DNA of 56,138 bases, the filler included, from Sphacelaria rigidula (lineage: Eukaryota), in NCBI GenBank assembly GCA_964200075.2. It is 4 parts of 4 records of this genome, joined end to end, with 100 filler letters (N's around TTAATTAATTAA, not from the genome) between each part and the next. Parts side by side here need not be neighbours in the genome. Positions count along the whole stretch, not along the records: positions 28,121 to 42,080 come from CAXNAA020002550.1; positions 42,181 to 56,138 come from CAXNAA020002551.1; 2 more parts are not named here. One strand, 5' to 3'. A program made the position numbers and the translations under genes. Positions within the stretch are counted from its first letter, which is position 1, and the number at the start of each line of letters is the position of its first letter. Shown here in pieces: positions 32,931 through 44,816 of this stretch. A model generated the notes under the pieces. That model was not told the origin of the DNA. It saw only the letters and a list, made by a program, of their open reading frames with translations, and searched no databases.

Positions 32931-34609
32931 GTAGGCCTACTAACGGGGGGAAATGTTTCGGTTTCGTCGTTGGAGCGCTTGACAAGGAAAGGCGAATAGA
33001 AATAAGGAAATAGGTGAAAGCCCGTTCTCCGCGGCGCACAGGGGTACCCCGTGTGCCTGAGTAAGCAGATATGAACCCTGTATCATGCGTATATTTTAGT
33101 TGCTCGTACAAACAGCGGAGGAGATTTTCCCTCCGTCAACCATATAAATGCTTTCATTCATCATAGCGCGCGCGCGCGCGTGTGTGTGTGTGTGCGTGGG
33201 TGTCGACACCTGAAAGGATTGCACGGTAATTCCATTTTCTTGCTGTGTTTTTCTTCGATTTTTTGCCAGGTGGGAAGCGCGCTCTGCTTAGAAATGGGAT
33301 CTGTGCGTTTGCTGCGTCGGGAGCGGTGGTGTACGGGATGAACTGGTGGGAAACGCGGCGGAAAGCTCAGCGTTAATAACCACGCCGGAGCAGCGTAGTT
33401 CATGCCGGGTTATTTTGACGATAGCACTGGGGGACTCCAGGAATGTTTTGCTTCAGATGATGTAACCGCCAGGCGGGACTAAGATAGGCGTTGACTCCGT
33501 AGCTCGGTTGATTTTGGTCTCTAAACCAGCCTACTATCAAGTACGCGCTTGAAGCCGGCTATCAAAGGCTTTGCGTTCGAAACTCGCTCGACCACCATGC
33601 CTGCGGTGCTGGAGGCACGAAAATTATGTGTGCGGGAAGCTGGCTATCTTGAGTGAGTGAGGAAGACGACCTGCAGCAGTATGGGTACCCGCGCGAGCAC
33701 GGGGTTCTGAAAAGCCTTGCTGTTATGATTTTCAACCAGGGTGGGGTAGCTGGGAAAGGGAAGGGAGCCTTTAACCTTACTTGTAGTGAGGTTTTCACCC
33801 CTTAGAGGGACCACCCCCAAGTTCTCAGGCAGGGGGTATATTGGAAGGAGTACACGGCGGTGGCAATGCGCCCAGCAGCGGTGGTGGTAAGAAAGCGCGA
33901 CTTACCGATGTCATACCGCAGCGAGTACCTGGGGTCAAATGCCTGTCTGGTGACACAGGGATCTCGAACCAATTTCCGTCATCTCGTGTGTGTCTGAAGA
34001 AGTGGCGTGACTGCTGGAAAGATGAGACATGTTTTGCTCTCGTCGCGTACTTTGATCGCTTTGTGAAATTCGTGGGTTGTCGCGTCAATCTCGCGCTCCA
34101 GTGTCTGCTCCTGTACCGTGCGTGTTATGTGAATGAGGTGGCTGAAGACAGATTTTCGCGAGAAAAATAACGTGGGTTGCCAAACGCCGCGGGTACGGTT
34201 TTTCACGATTTTTTTTTTTTCATGTGGAGGACGTGTGTTTGGCATGCCCGTACTACGCAAATGGTGCGGCTGTACAGCAATATCAATGTTCAAGTCTCTT
34301 GAGCTGCCTGGATTTGTTGATAACTTCGGGTTCGGACAGCCTTTTTCATTGTTTGTGCTCAGCCTAGGTTATTTCAGCCTATATCCCAGCAATTAGACAG
34401 TGCGGGAAGCCGGTTACATTGTTCAGCGTCACCTGGCACTTCAAGAGTTTCTCTGCTGCTGCGTAGGAAGAAAAAATGACTTGCTATTTCTCTACAGATC
34501 TTCAAGAACTTTTTGGAGTACATCTTGTCATCACGGAAGGCGTCCGCATCAGACGCTCAGTACAAAGTACTGCGGAGATATCGGAACGGTTTCTCATGTG
34601 AAGACGACG

Positions 34610-34652
<43 letters not shown>
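34610..34652. repeat. (AAC)n microsatellite
   Basis: About 14 CAA units preceded by GAC units. Confidence 0.95.
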
Positions 34653-36544
34653 GTTGCGTACAGGAGTATGCGGATGCCAGGGCGGCAATCGTATCACCAC
34701 ATGTCGTCGCCGTCAAGACACCAGCAAGAAGGCAGGGGAAGCGAGGCATGGTTGACGGATGGAGGTGCCACGACCATGACCGCGTGGTCGTCAAACGCCT
34801 TCGTTTGGAACTACCAAATCGAAACTGCGGGTGATACGTGTGTCAAACAAAGACATGTTCCTTTACTGCCTACCAACCGCAAATGATAGTTACTTACCAC
34901 AGACCGTAAATGACTGTCGTGTCCATCACCAGGAAAAAGCGAACGGTATGCAGGGTCCGTTTCCCAATGTTACCCCGGCTTGCATTGAACAGAACCACTG
35001 CTCGTATCGTTTCTGCGAGATTGCCGCCAACTGTATTCTTGCCGAACGTGGCTTCAATCTCACGTCAACATCTATCGTCTCGTCGACCGTTGAAATCAAC
35101 GGCGGTGCAGTCTGCTCCCAAAGCTCGAAACACGAGGGCGATTCCTCACTCGAGGTTCGAAAGAGTTGGGACCTGAAATTTCGAGGAGAAGTGCGCACCG
35201 ACCATTTGGAGGCCAACATTATCACTCTCCTATTTCTTGTTTTCTGGAGTTAGATCCCTTTGACTGAATTTCCGGGGACAAAAAATCCGCCCTTGCCTCT
35301 CCGGATTACATGAAAAAAATATGTTGAGCCTGCAGAAGGAACCATGGCCCTTAAACGGTCGATGCGCAATTCTCGTCAATATTTCAGGTCCGCACTCTCG
35401 AGCCTCGAGTGATCAATGCACGAGATCACATCCTCATGGGCTTGGGAATCCTGTGCAATACTTGTAGGCGTGTTTTTGCGTAAGAGTGATGCTACGGTAG
35501 TGGTGCACAAATATTTTCTGAGGTTAGAATTATCAGGAGCCCTTTCTCTAATGCAAAACACGACCTATGAAAATATGTGAAAGTACGCCAAGATTACTAT
35601 TCCAATGTCCTGGGGATATCCCGATTGAATTTGCAAACGGGGATGCCCTGACCCATATTTTTGTACATCTAGAATCGTTAGGAGCCCCTGAACTAGATAT
35701 AATTTCGCGAAAAAAGTGCGCCCCTACCGTGGCATTGCTCGTAAGGGGAGGGCTATCTTTCAAACGATGAGTTGGGGTGCCGGAACAGGTATCGATGTTC
35801 TCGCCTTTTTGGTGTCGACAACGCGCACACCAAAACTCTGCAAATTCGAGCAATAAATCAGTTGTGTTGATCTTTGCATCAGTCTGTCAATAACCCGCCG
35901 CTGGCAGGGCATATCGAACATGACGGCTTCGGGTGAAATAATCATGACTGGAGTGCCGCAATGATCAATCAGACTGCGCGGCGCACTGCGGGATGGGTTT
36001 AGTAGTAGATAACCTGATTTTGTGGATTTTTCTGCTGCTGCTCGGGCTGCATGCCCGGGGGACCCCTTTTTTTTCCCAACGTAGTGAGGTTTGCCTTCTT
36101 GCTCTTTCGAACCCTGGTCTACTCGTTTCTACAAGCATGTAATAATACTGGCCCGCCGTTTTGCCTTTTCTTTTGTCGCACTTTGAACTCCTGGCTCTCC
36201 GTTCTCGGGACAAGTCCGTGGCCTCACGGGATCACCCCATCTCTTCCTCGTACACGCCTTAATTTTTTTCACCACACGGATCGGGTCAGCATTCCCCCAC
36301 CGCGTCAACTCTCAGAGACTCTACGGTAGGGGTGCACTTTCTCGTCCAATAGTTTCGTGAGGCTACACATTGAGGCTCATATATTTGTCATCGAGAGACC
36401 CCCGAAGTGGTGAGGCTCAGAAAAAATTGTGCACCCCTACCGTGGAACCACTTTCTTGTCAAACAAACCCAGTCAACTACTTTCCTCTACTCTCGTACAC
36501 CCACTGTCGACGGTAGAAATCGGGTCGTTCGAAGAAAAAAACAG

Positions 36545-36640
36545 CCCACTTGGCAGGAATCGAACCCACGTTCTCTCCACCTTAATGGTGAATGACAGTC
36601 GGGTCATCAGACTAACGAGGCCTACGAGCTGGACCAGCCA
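36545..36640 (-). mobile_element. tRNA-derived SINE head (degenerate)
   Basis: B-box-like GTGGGTTCGATTCCTGC on the minus strand (core at 36556-36566). No convincing cloverleaf. Confidence 0.45.
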
Positions 36641-38031
36641 ATAATGGGTGGTTTTCTCGCTCAGGCGACGCACGACGCGATATTGGGAGTGGGACGCTGA
36701 AAATTCGACAGCAGCTTTTTATGATCGAAATACAGAATATCATGTGAGCAGCGAAGAAAAAAAAAAAAAAAGTTATGGGGATTTGAAATTCCAGCAAAAA
36801 CAAGATAATGTCATAAGTCCAGGAAAAAAACGAGAATCTGCAGCTGCTGACGTGATGTATCATTTTCTTGGGTGCAGAAGTTCTTCCTGAAATTTCAGCT
36901 CAAGACTCGTCGAATTGGGCCGTGCGTGCAACATTTTGCGTGGCGCTGCTGCACCCCTACAATTCAAGTGATAGGAGACTCAAATTATGGAGGTCATGAG
37001 TTCCAGTCCCGACATATTCTCTTTTTTTTTTCGTCCGTCGTTAAGGTCATACACTATGCAGTACATTTTTTTCATTTTTTCTTTATTCAGCGGCGGTGTC
37101 GTGTGTTACCAGGTTGGTCTGCACGTCACGTTGATACGCTTACATCGGGTCCATTCGGGAAACTGGGAAAGCTGAGGTGTGAGCAACTTTTAGCCGCTTC
37201 TAAGATGGCCCAACTCGTACGAATATATTTTTTCTCCTTGAAGAAAGGAGGAAGCCTCACCCAACACTTACCCCGCGAGCGGGTTCGTGTGGCGATCACC
37301 CTGGGGCTGAGCTAGACCGCCTCGTGGCATTCATGTGGGGTACGAGCCTCGAGCGTTCGGAACGCTTTTCTCAAGGCAGTGTAGGGGTCGAACCCACTAG
37401 AGCCCCCTGTCACCTTGGCGCAGCGCACGCGGCGTCCTACTCTTACGAGCTTCGATATGTGCGTGGGAAATCAATGATTGGCGCATGGTCTAGCCAAGGA
37501 GCTCATGGTGTCGACACTTCCTCATCAGCTGAACGAAACCCCCACCGGAACTGCCCTCTCAGAGAACGATCAAGATAACACAACGAAATTTCCTCACCAG
37601 GTTATGCCTACCTTGAGTCAAATGTTTGCAACGATGTTCTTTAGCTCTTTTTCTGAGCAACTTCGACTCGTTTTTGTTTATCAAGAGTCCAAACTGTGCA
37701 AACGATAGCCGTATTCGTGGGCGGGGCTTTCCACAGTAAGACAGATTCAACACACACCATACAAAATTCACCATATTCCGATATCACAAAGTTGCGAGTT
37801 ACTCCTTGCAGCAGCCGCCGATCCTTCGCAAAGCTGACCCTGTCCCAATCTCCACACCGCTTGTTACTGGATCATCAACCAGACTACGATTCGAAAAAAG
37901 GACTCGTCGTGCATAACGGGTCGAAATGGTACCCACACAAATACTGCTACACTACCTCCGGAGCTCGGAGAGCACAGCGTCAAGCTCATACCTGCTACGC
38001 AGTATTTGCTATCAAGTGTACCACCGTGCGG

Positions 38032-39000
38032 TCAAAGCCCCGAACGTTTTGCAAACGTAACCACATTCTTGTCCCCCCTGCGAGACACTTGCATGCCCCC
38101 TCCCTGCCACGCCCAGCTCTTTCCCGGACGACTCATTGCGTCCCATTCAAACTGGCTTCTACTGTAGAAGATCTTCCATGATTTTGCACCCCCTTTCGAA
38201 TTCAGTGCGGTCATGACGACGACTCCGGTCCGGCCATTCGGGAAGCGCTCTCTCAATTTCTCTAGAAGAAGCTGGCCGTGTGGACCCTTGTAACCACTGG
38301 GAACAGTTACTGTAGCAGCGGGTTTCGCGAGCGGGGCGAGGAAGTTAACGAAAATCCAGCCTCCGTTGACGGAGTACTGCATGCCCTTCCCTTGCCAAGC
38401 CCAACTTTTACCGGGATCCGCTGCGAACCATTGCGTCTGTACCCCGCCCGGTGCAACGTGAAAGGGACGTTTTACGTCTTTCGACGTGCGTACGAAAGCC
38501 ACTCGGTTTCGACCATCTGGGTACCATCTTTTGAGCGCCTCGAGGAGACGCGTACCCTGGGGGCCCGTGCAGCCGCTCGGAACGGGCGGCTCTCCCGGCG
38601 GACCGGTTCGTGCCGCATGAGGTTTCGACATGCGTGTAAAGGTAACGGTGTTCCTTCCCCCTTCACGAGACACCTCCATACCCTCACCTTGCCACGCCCA
38701 ATTCTTCCCCTCCTCCGATGCGTTCCATTCGACCTTGGTCCTACTATAAACAATCGTCCACCTCTTGCTACCACTACGCTTTGGAGAATTTGTGTTCATC
38801 ATGACAGCCACTCCGTTTCGGCCGTCCGGGTAGCGTTGTCGTAACTTTTCCAGCAGAAGCGGGCCGCGCGGGCCCTTGCTACCGCAGGGAAGGAGGGCGT
38901 CCGGTGGGTCGTCATCGGGGCATTTCGTGGACTCTGGCGAAGAGAAACTGCTTGGTAATGGTACATTCAAACCCATGTGATGTACTCTCGACCCCCACAT
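38032..39000 (-). CDS. Uninterrupted ORF or long exon made of three tandem copies of an unrecognised ~90-aa domain (322 aa from ATG 39000)
   Basis: Three repeats of PxGxxGPxGxxLLExLxxxYPDGRxxVxxx...W....GK(S/N)WAWQGxGMxxSxxGxxxxVxF. Conserved residues with diverged linkers indicate protein-level selection. Confidence 0.8.
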   Translation of the reverse strand: MWGSRVHHMGLNVPLPSSFSSPESTKCPDDDPPDALLPCGSKGPRGPLLLEKLRQRYPDGRNGVAVMMNTNSPKRSGSKRWTIVYSRTKVEWNASEEGKNWAWQGEGMEVSREGGRNTVTFTRMSKPHAARTGPPGEPPVPSGCTGPQGTRLLEALKRWYPDGRNRVAFVRTSKDVKRPFHVAPGGVQTQWFAADPGKSWAWQGKGMQYSVNGGWIFVNFLAPLAKPAATVTVPSGYKGPHGQLLLEKLRERFPNGRTGVVVMTALNSKGGAKSWKIFYSRSQFEWDAMSRPGKSWAWQGGGMQVSRRGDKNVVTFAKRSGL

Positions 39001-39903
39001 GTCAGTTAATTTTTCTGGCGGCAAGACGCAAGGAGGACGGCACAGTCGACGCGAAACAGGGGGTGGGAGTTTGCTATTTGCGCGAAGGAAGGGTAATTGC
39101 AATTTGGTACAGACATGAGCTAAAAAGAGTGGGATATGTGAGGGTGGCTGTACGGTGGTAGGCCACGGACGGATACCAGTTTTCCTCCCTTTATTTGTAG
39201 GCTTGCTTCAATTTTTCAGGTTTCACCATCACTACTACTGCCGTCAGCGAGACAGGCGTTGGGGAGGGGTGCGTTGTGGTGACATGTCCACGAGCTGGGC
39301 CAGCTTAGGGGCAAATTTGATCTTGAAAGTGGATTTCCCGCTTCGGTTTAAGAGTTGTGCATTGAAATTTGCTATGGAGTATCGCGGGAAAAAATTGAGA
39401 TATATACTCTACGTGCTGATATTTTTGTCATGAGTTGAGGACAAGAAACAATATGTGTTCTTTACAAAACGAAAACATCCCTACCAGGGAAGAAAAATAT
39501 GGTGGTACCATTCGGTTATCGTGGAGCGATGCCGCGATAGCCCCTACCAAACCAGCCGCAAAACTATAACGAAGAAAATGGTCATCCAGCGCATGATATA
39601 TGTTTCAGACTACATGAAGCATCTCATATACTGGTATATGGGCAATATTGGCGAGAACGGTCCCAAGCGCGCAGGAGTTCCCAACTGCTCGGTGTGCTCG
39701 GCGTCCGTCATTATTTTACATGTAGATCTTGCCTCCTCAAAACGAGTCACTCTTCTCGGGGAGGGGGGGGGGGGGGGGGGGCTTCCGCGGCCTCAGCCGG
39801 TGGCTGGAAAAAAAAACAAGCTGCCCAAAAGAAGGGACAGGGTAGGTCACCTTCGTTTTTCGTTCTTTCGTCTTTCTCGCTGTGTGTCTTTTCCGGTGTT
39901 GGG

Positions 39904-39943
<40 letters not shown>

Positions 39944-40828
39944 CTATCGCGGCATCAGCCTGTGTCTGAAACTACAAGCAAGCTGCACAGAAGAAGTGCT
40001 AGGTAAGGTAACCTGCAAGTTCTCCAGGTATTTCTCACCAAAGGACACGCAGGAGCTTCATGCCATCACCACTGTTTCTCACCGATACTAAAGTAAGTAT
40101 GATGGTGAGCGTTTTTGCTCACCTGGCACGTGTCGTTGGTAACCTGTATCTTGAGTCTCCTGCTGTGGTGTGGTAGACAGATGTAGAAGAGTACAGCAAC
40201 CAAAAACTGCGCCGGTTCGCTGCTTGGTTAGACTGTCCGTCAACTCTGGGCGTGAGAATGGACGCAAGGGCGCGAGAGGCGAGAGATACTGGTGAAGGTG
40301 CGGCGAGATTGTTAGTCATACGGAACTCGAGCACCGTTCCCCGGCTTCGCGGGTTGCGAGCCAAAAAATATTTCGAAAGATTTTCTCGTGATTTGCCAAC
40401 TTTCGGAATTCGCCAACTTCTAGGTGTCCCACAGCACCGCAAGCGTTGGCGCCCGGGAAATATGTTGTTTGTGATGTGCCCGAGTAGTGCTCCAAGTTTC
40501 ACTAACCAACTCGCAGTCGATGTGAAGAAATCCACTTTCAAACATGCGAACAGAATGCGGGAAAAGACACTGGTAAACCCTGGCAAGATACATGAGTTGG
40601 GGTTGCGCCGCATGTCCCACGTACGGCAACGTCCTTGCATATGTGCTTTCCTGGGCAACACGGCACAGCTCGAGAGATTTGAACAAGAGAACATGACAGC
40701 GTGACTATACAGGTTCTGCACATGGCCCTTTGACGCGGCGCGGTTGTAGTGGTATCCGCAGAATCGTGCGGTGCTAACCGAGTGTGCAGATGGAAATCTG
40801 GAGTAGTAGCACTGAGGGTGGGAGTGTC

Positions 40829-41900
40829 CAGGGGGCAGCGCGCAGAAAATTTGAAATTTTTGGGACACGTATTTTAGCCCTCCCCCTTCCCCCCCCTCTC
40901 CCGGAGGGCAATTTTCCGAACATTGTCGGGATTTCCTTCATTTCTGTCGTCAACTTTGCTCCAAGAAATTGATCGATAAATGCTGACAACACCGAAAAGT
41001 CTGGTGAGCTTTGCGGGGTTTGTTTATCTGCTCCTGCTCCTTGCCCCCCCTGTCCTGATGACCTCAGATGCCGGAGGGCATCTAATCAAAAACTCTCCCG
41101 TTTTTTTTTCCCCTCGTTAATTTTGTTGCAAGAAATTGATCAGTATACGCTGACAAAAGCGAAAAATCTGGTGGACTTTGCGGGGTTTGTTCATCTGCCC
41201 CTGCTCCTTGCCCCCCTCTGTCCCGGTGACCTCAGATGCCGGAGGGCATCTTTTCGAAAACTCTCCTGAATTTTTCCCCCCGTTAATTTTGTTGCAAGAA
41301 ATTGATCAATAAACGCTGACAAAACCGAAAAGTCTGGTGGGCTTTGCGAGGTTTGTTTACCTGCCCCTGCTCCTTGCCCCCTCTGTCCCGATGGCCTCGG
41401 ATGCCGGAGGGCATATTTTCGAAAAAAGTCCTAATTATTTTTTGCTCAGTTAATTTTGTTGCAAGAAATTCATTAATAAACGCTGGCAAAACCGAAAAAT
41501 CTGGTGGGCTTTGCGGGGTTTGTTTATCTGCTCCTCCTGCTCCTTGATCCCTCTGTCCCGATGACCTCAGATGCCGGAGCGCATCTTTTGGAAAAATCTC
41601 CTGATATATTTTTTTCTCGTTAATTTGGTGCAAGAAATTGATCATGAACACTGACATAGAAGACAGAAAAGTCACGAGGCTGTTCGGGGGTTGTATAATT
41701 GCTTCTGCTCCTTGCCCGTTCTGTCCCGATGGCATCAGGTCTCCGCCCCAAGGACCTCTGTCCACGGCGGCTGACCGCATCCGCCAACGCTTCGGTAACA
41801 AACCAGGGGACGAACGGCTGGGGATCCCCCACCCTTCAAAATGTCGAAATTTCGATCTTGGGGCCTACGTGTCCAGAATTTGTTTTTACGCTGCCCCGTG
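40829..41900. mobile_element. Non-autonomous hAT-like DNA transposon carrying an internal tandem array
   Basis: Left end CAGGGGGCAGCG...GGACACGT; the right end reverse-complements to CACGGGGCAGCG...GGACACGT. Flanks GGAGTGTC and (G)GGGTGTC resemble a decayed 8-bp TSD. Confidence 0.65.
40890..41735. repeat. ~167-bp tandem repeat, 5 copies
   Basis: CAAGAAATT anchor at 40962, 41129, 41295, 41462 and 41631. The unit includes GACCTCAGATGCCGGAGGGCATC. Confidence 0.93.
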
Positions 41901-42040
41901 GGGTGTCTGGGAATATTTAGTCGACTGACACGAGGTTAACGACTGCACGTTTATGTTTTCGAACATTCCAGTCTGGTCGTCTGTTGGAGCATGGAAGCGC
42001 GCTCCGCTCAAGCCAGCGTTGGTTCAAAAGGGGATTTGCC

Positions 42041-42041
<1 letters not shown>

Positions 42042-42080
<39 letters not shown>
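42042..42080. repeat. (GT)n microsatellite at contig end
   Basis: Pure GT run up to the gap. Confidence 0.95.
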
Positions 42081-42180
42081 NNNNNNNNNNNNNNNNNNNN
42101 NNNNNNNNNNNNNNNNNNNNNNNNTTAATTAATTAANNNNNNNNNNNNNNNNNNNNNNNNNNNNNNNNNNNNNNNNNNNN
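42081..42180. other. Artificial contig linker
   Basis: N44-TTAATTAATTAA-N44. Confidence 0.98.
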
Positions 42181-43575
42181 GCCCCACACGATCTTGGCAG
42201 TGGCATCACATCCGACAACAATCCCCGCGCTGGTCGTTCGGGTCTGGTCGAAAATTTCGCCTCGCTGTGATTGGGTGGGTCGCTCGAAGACTTATTTTTT
42301 ATTATTCCACCAACACAGGGTTGCCTGTGTTAGTGGGGGTCCGGTCCCAAAAGGGTTAACTCATGACAAAAAAAAAAACTTGTGGTACCGATGTATTTTT
42401 TTGTTATGCCCTGTGCACCGTCCATACCAAATTTTACGCTCCAACTCTAAATATTGGCCAGCGCATTCGCATTTCAAAAACCGGGTCGGTAGAAATTCGG
42501 GACAGTATTTCGGAGGCCACTCACCGGCCCACGTTTGGTTTTTGTGTATTGACATTTTGTGTGGGCCCTCGCTAGGGCCACTGAATTTTGTTTTCACTGG
42601 TTTATGGCGTTCTAGTATGGTCAAGACCATTTCTTCACGAGTACGCCCTAACCTCTTGAAAAAGAAATGAAGGCCCGTTTGTTTTTTTTCAAAGGCACAC
42701 CTTCGTGGTTCTCCATGCTAAGTTTCAAATCACAATTCTAAAAGTTGGGCTAGAACATTGAGATAAGGCCTATAATAGGAGCAATGTTCATTTCTCATCA
42801 AAACTCCACGAAAAAAGAAAAAAGGTAACAAGCTGTTTTAATTTTTTTTATTATGCACTAGCGGTTCACCGTACGAAATAAAAAAAAAAAACTCTCGAAA
42901 ACTGAGACGCGACATGCAGATTTAGGGCATCTAGTGCCTCTGCTCGTAATCTATTGATTTAAGTACGGAAACTTATGTGCGCCAAATCTCGAGAAAGATG
43001 ACAAATTAGGTGAAGGTGGGGGTATCTGTCGTCTCCCCGTGCTCCAGGGAAGGTCCACGCCAAAAATCGTCATCATTCGCTGAATGTATCGTTCGGGGTT
43101 TCATATGGATTTTAGTCTGGACGGGGTATACTGTAGGAATTACTAGACATGGGGTTGAATCATGCTGGCCGAGATTTTTGAACAGATGGGCACCTTCCCC
43201 TTGATCAGACGATTAGTATGGTATATTCGGATCACGCCTCAACGCATCTGTATCGATGAGATATTGCCCTTGGAGCTTAAATCTGTTTTTAGGCTGGCCC
43301 AGCTTGTATTGCGAAATGCTCAGTTGTCGAGCAGTTTCAGACAACTGGGTGACGGACAGCAACTAATCTTTATATTGTCTTCCCCACGGCCACAAGCTCC
43401 CCCAAAGGACCTAAAACTCACCCCAACCCATCCCAACCCAAAACAACCAAAACCTTTTCTTCATCGGTTGCACTCTGCCCATCGAGAGTAGCGTATAAAA
43501 ACATCGAGGCGTCTGCTGTGGGTGCATCTCTTCAAGATGAAGGTATGGTACCGTACCGTACTGGCCGCCAATTAC

Positions 43576-44124
43576 CTCAATGTGCGGTTTGAGAGCATCC
43601 TTGGCAATACCTCCAGATTTCAGCTCTCGAATAACCTCGCCTTTAGCCTTAATCTGCGCATCAAAGATCGCCACATCCGCCGGTACCTCCAACTCGCCAC
43701 CAACAGCACCCGCGCTGGAGCACATGGTGGCAACCGTAGCACCCCCACCCTTATGCCGCGTATACGCCGCATTCCACCCCCTACCACCTCTACCTTGAAT
43801 CATTTCACCTCCAAAAGTGGGCTCGATCGTACTATCAAGCGACCTCTTACTCCACGAGAAACTTGAATAGCTGCTGGTAAAAGTAGACCCGAGAGGCATT
43901 AAGGTCCTGCCGAGCACATGCTTCGCGCGCGCCCGGGCATACATGTGGGAGGCACCCGTAGTCGTCGCGGCAGGCACGAGCCCTCTCACACTGATGCAAG
44001 GTGCGGGAGCAGTGAAGGCAGACACTCGTCCGGCCAATGCGAATGCCGCAGCCATGTTTGCCAGAGATACCACGCAACCACCACCCCTGGCGACTCGGCC
44101 GCTACTTGTACGGTTCTGAAGCAT
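43576..44124 (-). CDS. First coding exon of an organelle-targeted aminoacyl-tRNA synthetase with N-terminal WHEP-TRS domain
   Basis: ATG at 44124, 183 codons to a GAG|GTAATT donor. Signal peptide plus ASAFAP-type motif (MAAAFALAGRVSA-FTAP), S/T/R-rich transit peptide, then WHEP-like DAQIKAKGEVIRELKSGGIAKDALKPHIE. Amino-acid specificity cannot be determined. Confidence 0.78.
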
Positions 44125-44441
44125 ACGACAAACCCCACCCTCGACAACCGGCCACTTGCCAACGCCGAGAGCACTCGCACTTCATGTCTGTTTTTTCTAT
44201 GTTTTCATTGCTCACAGTAGTATACACATGTTATTCAGACCCACACGCAAAACACGAGATGATGGAAGGGAGGAACGTAAAGAGATTCCTGTATTTTGAG
44301 CCCAGGAAGGTTTTTTACTGCGCCGAGCAAGTTTTTTCCGCAGAAGTCCGACTAAGGTTGGCATCTTCATCACGTGGATCTTGATTAACTCGTTAGCCCC
44401 AACACGCACATCCGCGCCGTCCAGGCGAAGTTGGGGTTGTA

Positions 44442-44445
<4 letters not shown>

Positions 44446-44477
<32 letters not shown>
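44446..44477. repeat. (GT)n microsatellite
   Basis: About 16 GT units. Confidence 0.95.
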
Positions 44478-44478
<1 letters not shown>

Positions 44479-44596
44479 ATGTTGTGTTGCCATTTCATCT
44501 CTTTTGTCTGGACTCTGGACGCCAGGCTGCAGCTTTCGCTATATGCGGACGGATCAGCCGCCGGGGTCATATAGGAGGAGAAGGCTAACATAGGAG

Positions 44597-44816
44597 TTTT
44601 TTTCCTTCTTCTTCACCTTTCTCCTGCGGTGTCTTCTTGTTTATCGTGAGAGGGCTTCAGCAGTCCCTTTCCCTTGTAGACTGTGGAGTCCAATTGTGTA
44701 TACCCACGGCATTGTGTGAGGAGAAACTTCAGATGGTGTAACTCTACCGGGATTCGAACCCACAACAACCCAGGCGTCAAAAGGATCAGAGATCATCAAC
44801 TGAGCCACCGAGCCGA
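44597..44816 (-). mobile_element. tRNA-derived SINE
   Basis: Minus-strand A-box TGGCTCAGTTGA (44796-44807), B-box GGTTCGAATCCC (44749-44760), a non-tRNA body and a GAAGAAGAAGGAAAAAAA tail. Confidence 0.65.

Noticed and set aside
33800-35950. Exon-like segments (e.g. IFKNFLEYILSSRK at ~34498, EYADARAAIV at ~34664)
   Set aside because: They could not be joined in phase to the upstream gene or assigned to a family, so support is insufficient.
40119-40868. 249-aa minus-strand ORF and overlapping 150-aa plus-strand ORF
   Set aside because: No recognisable motif or codon bias, and the 5' end runs into the transposon terminus.
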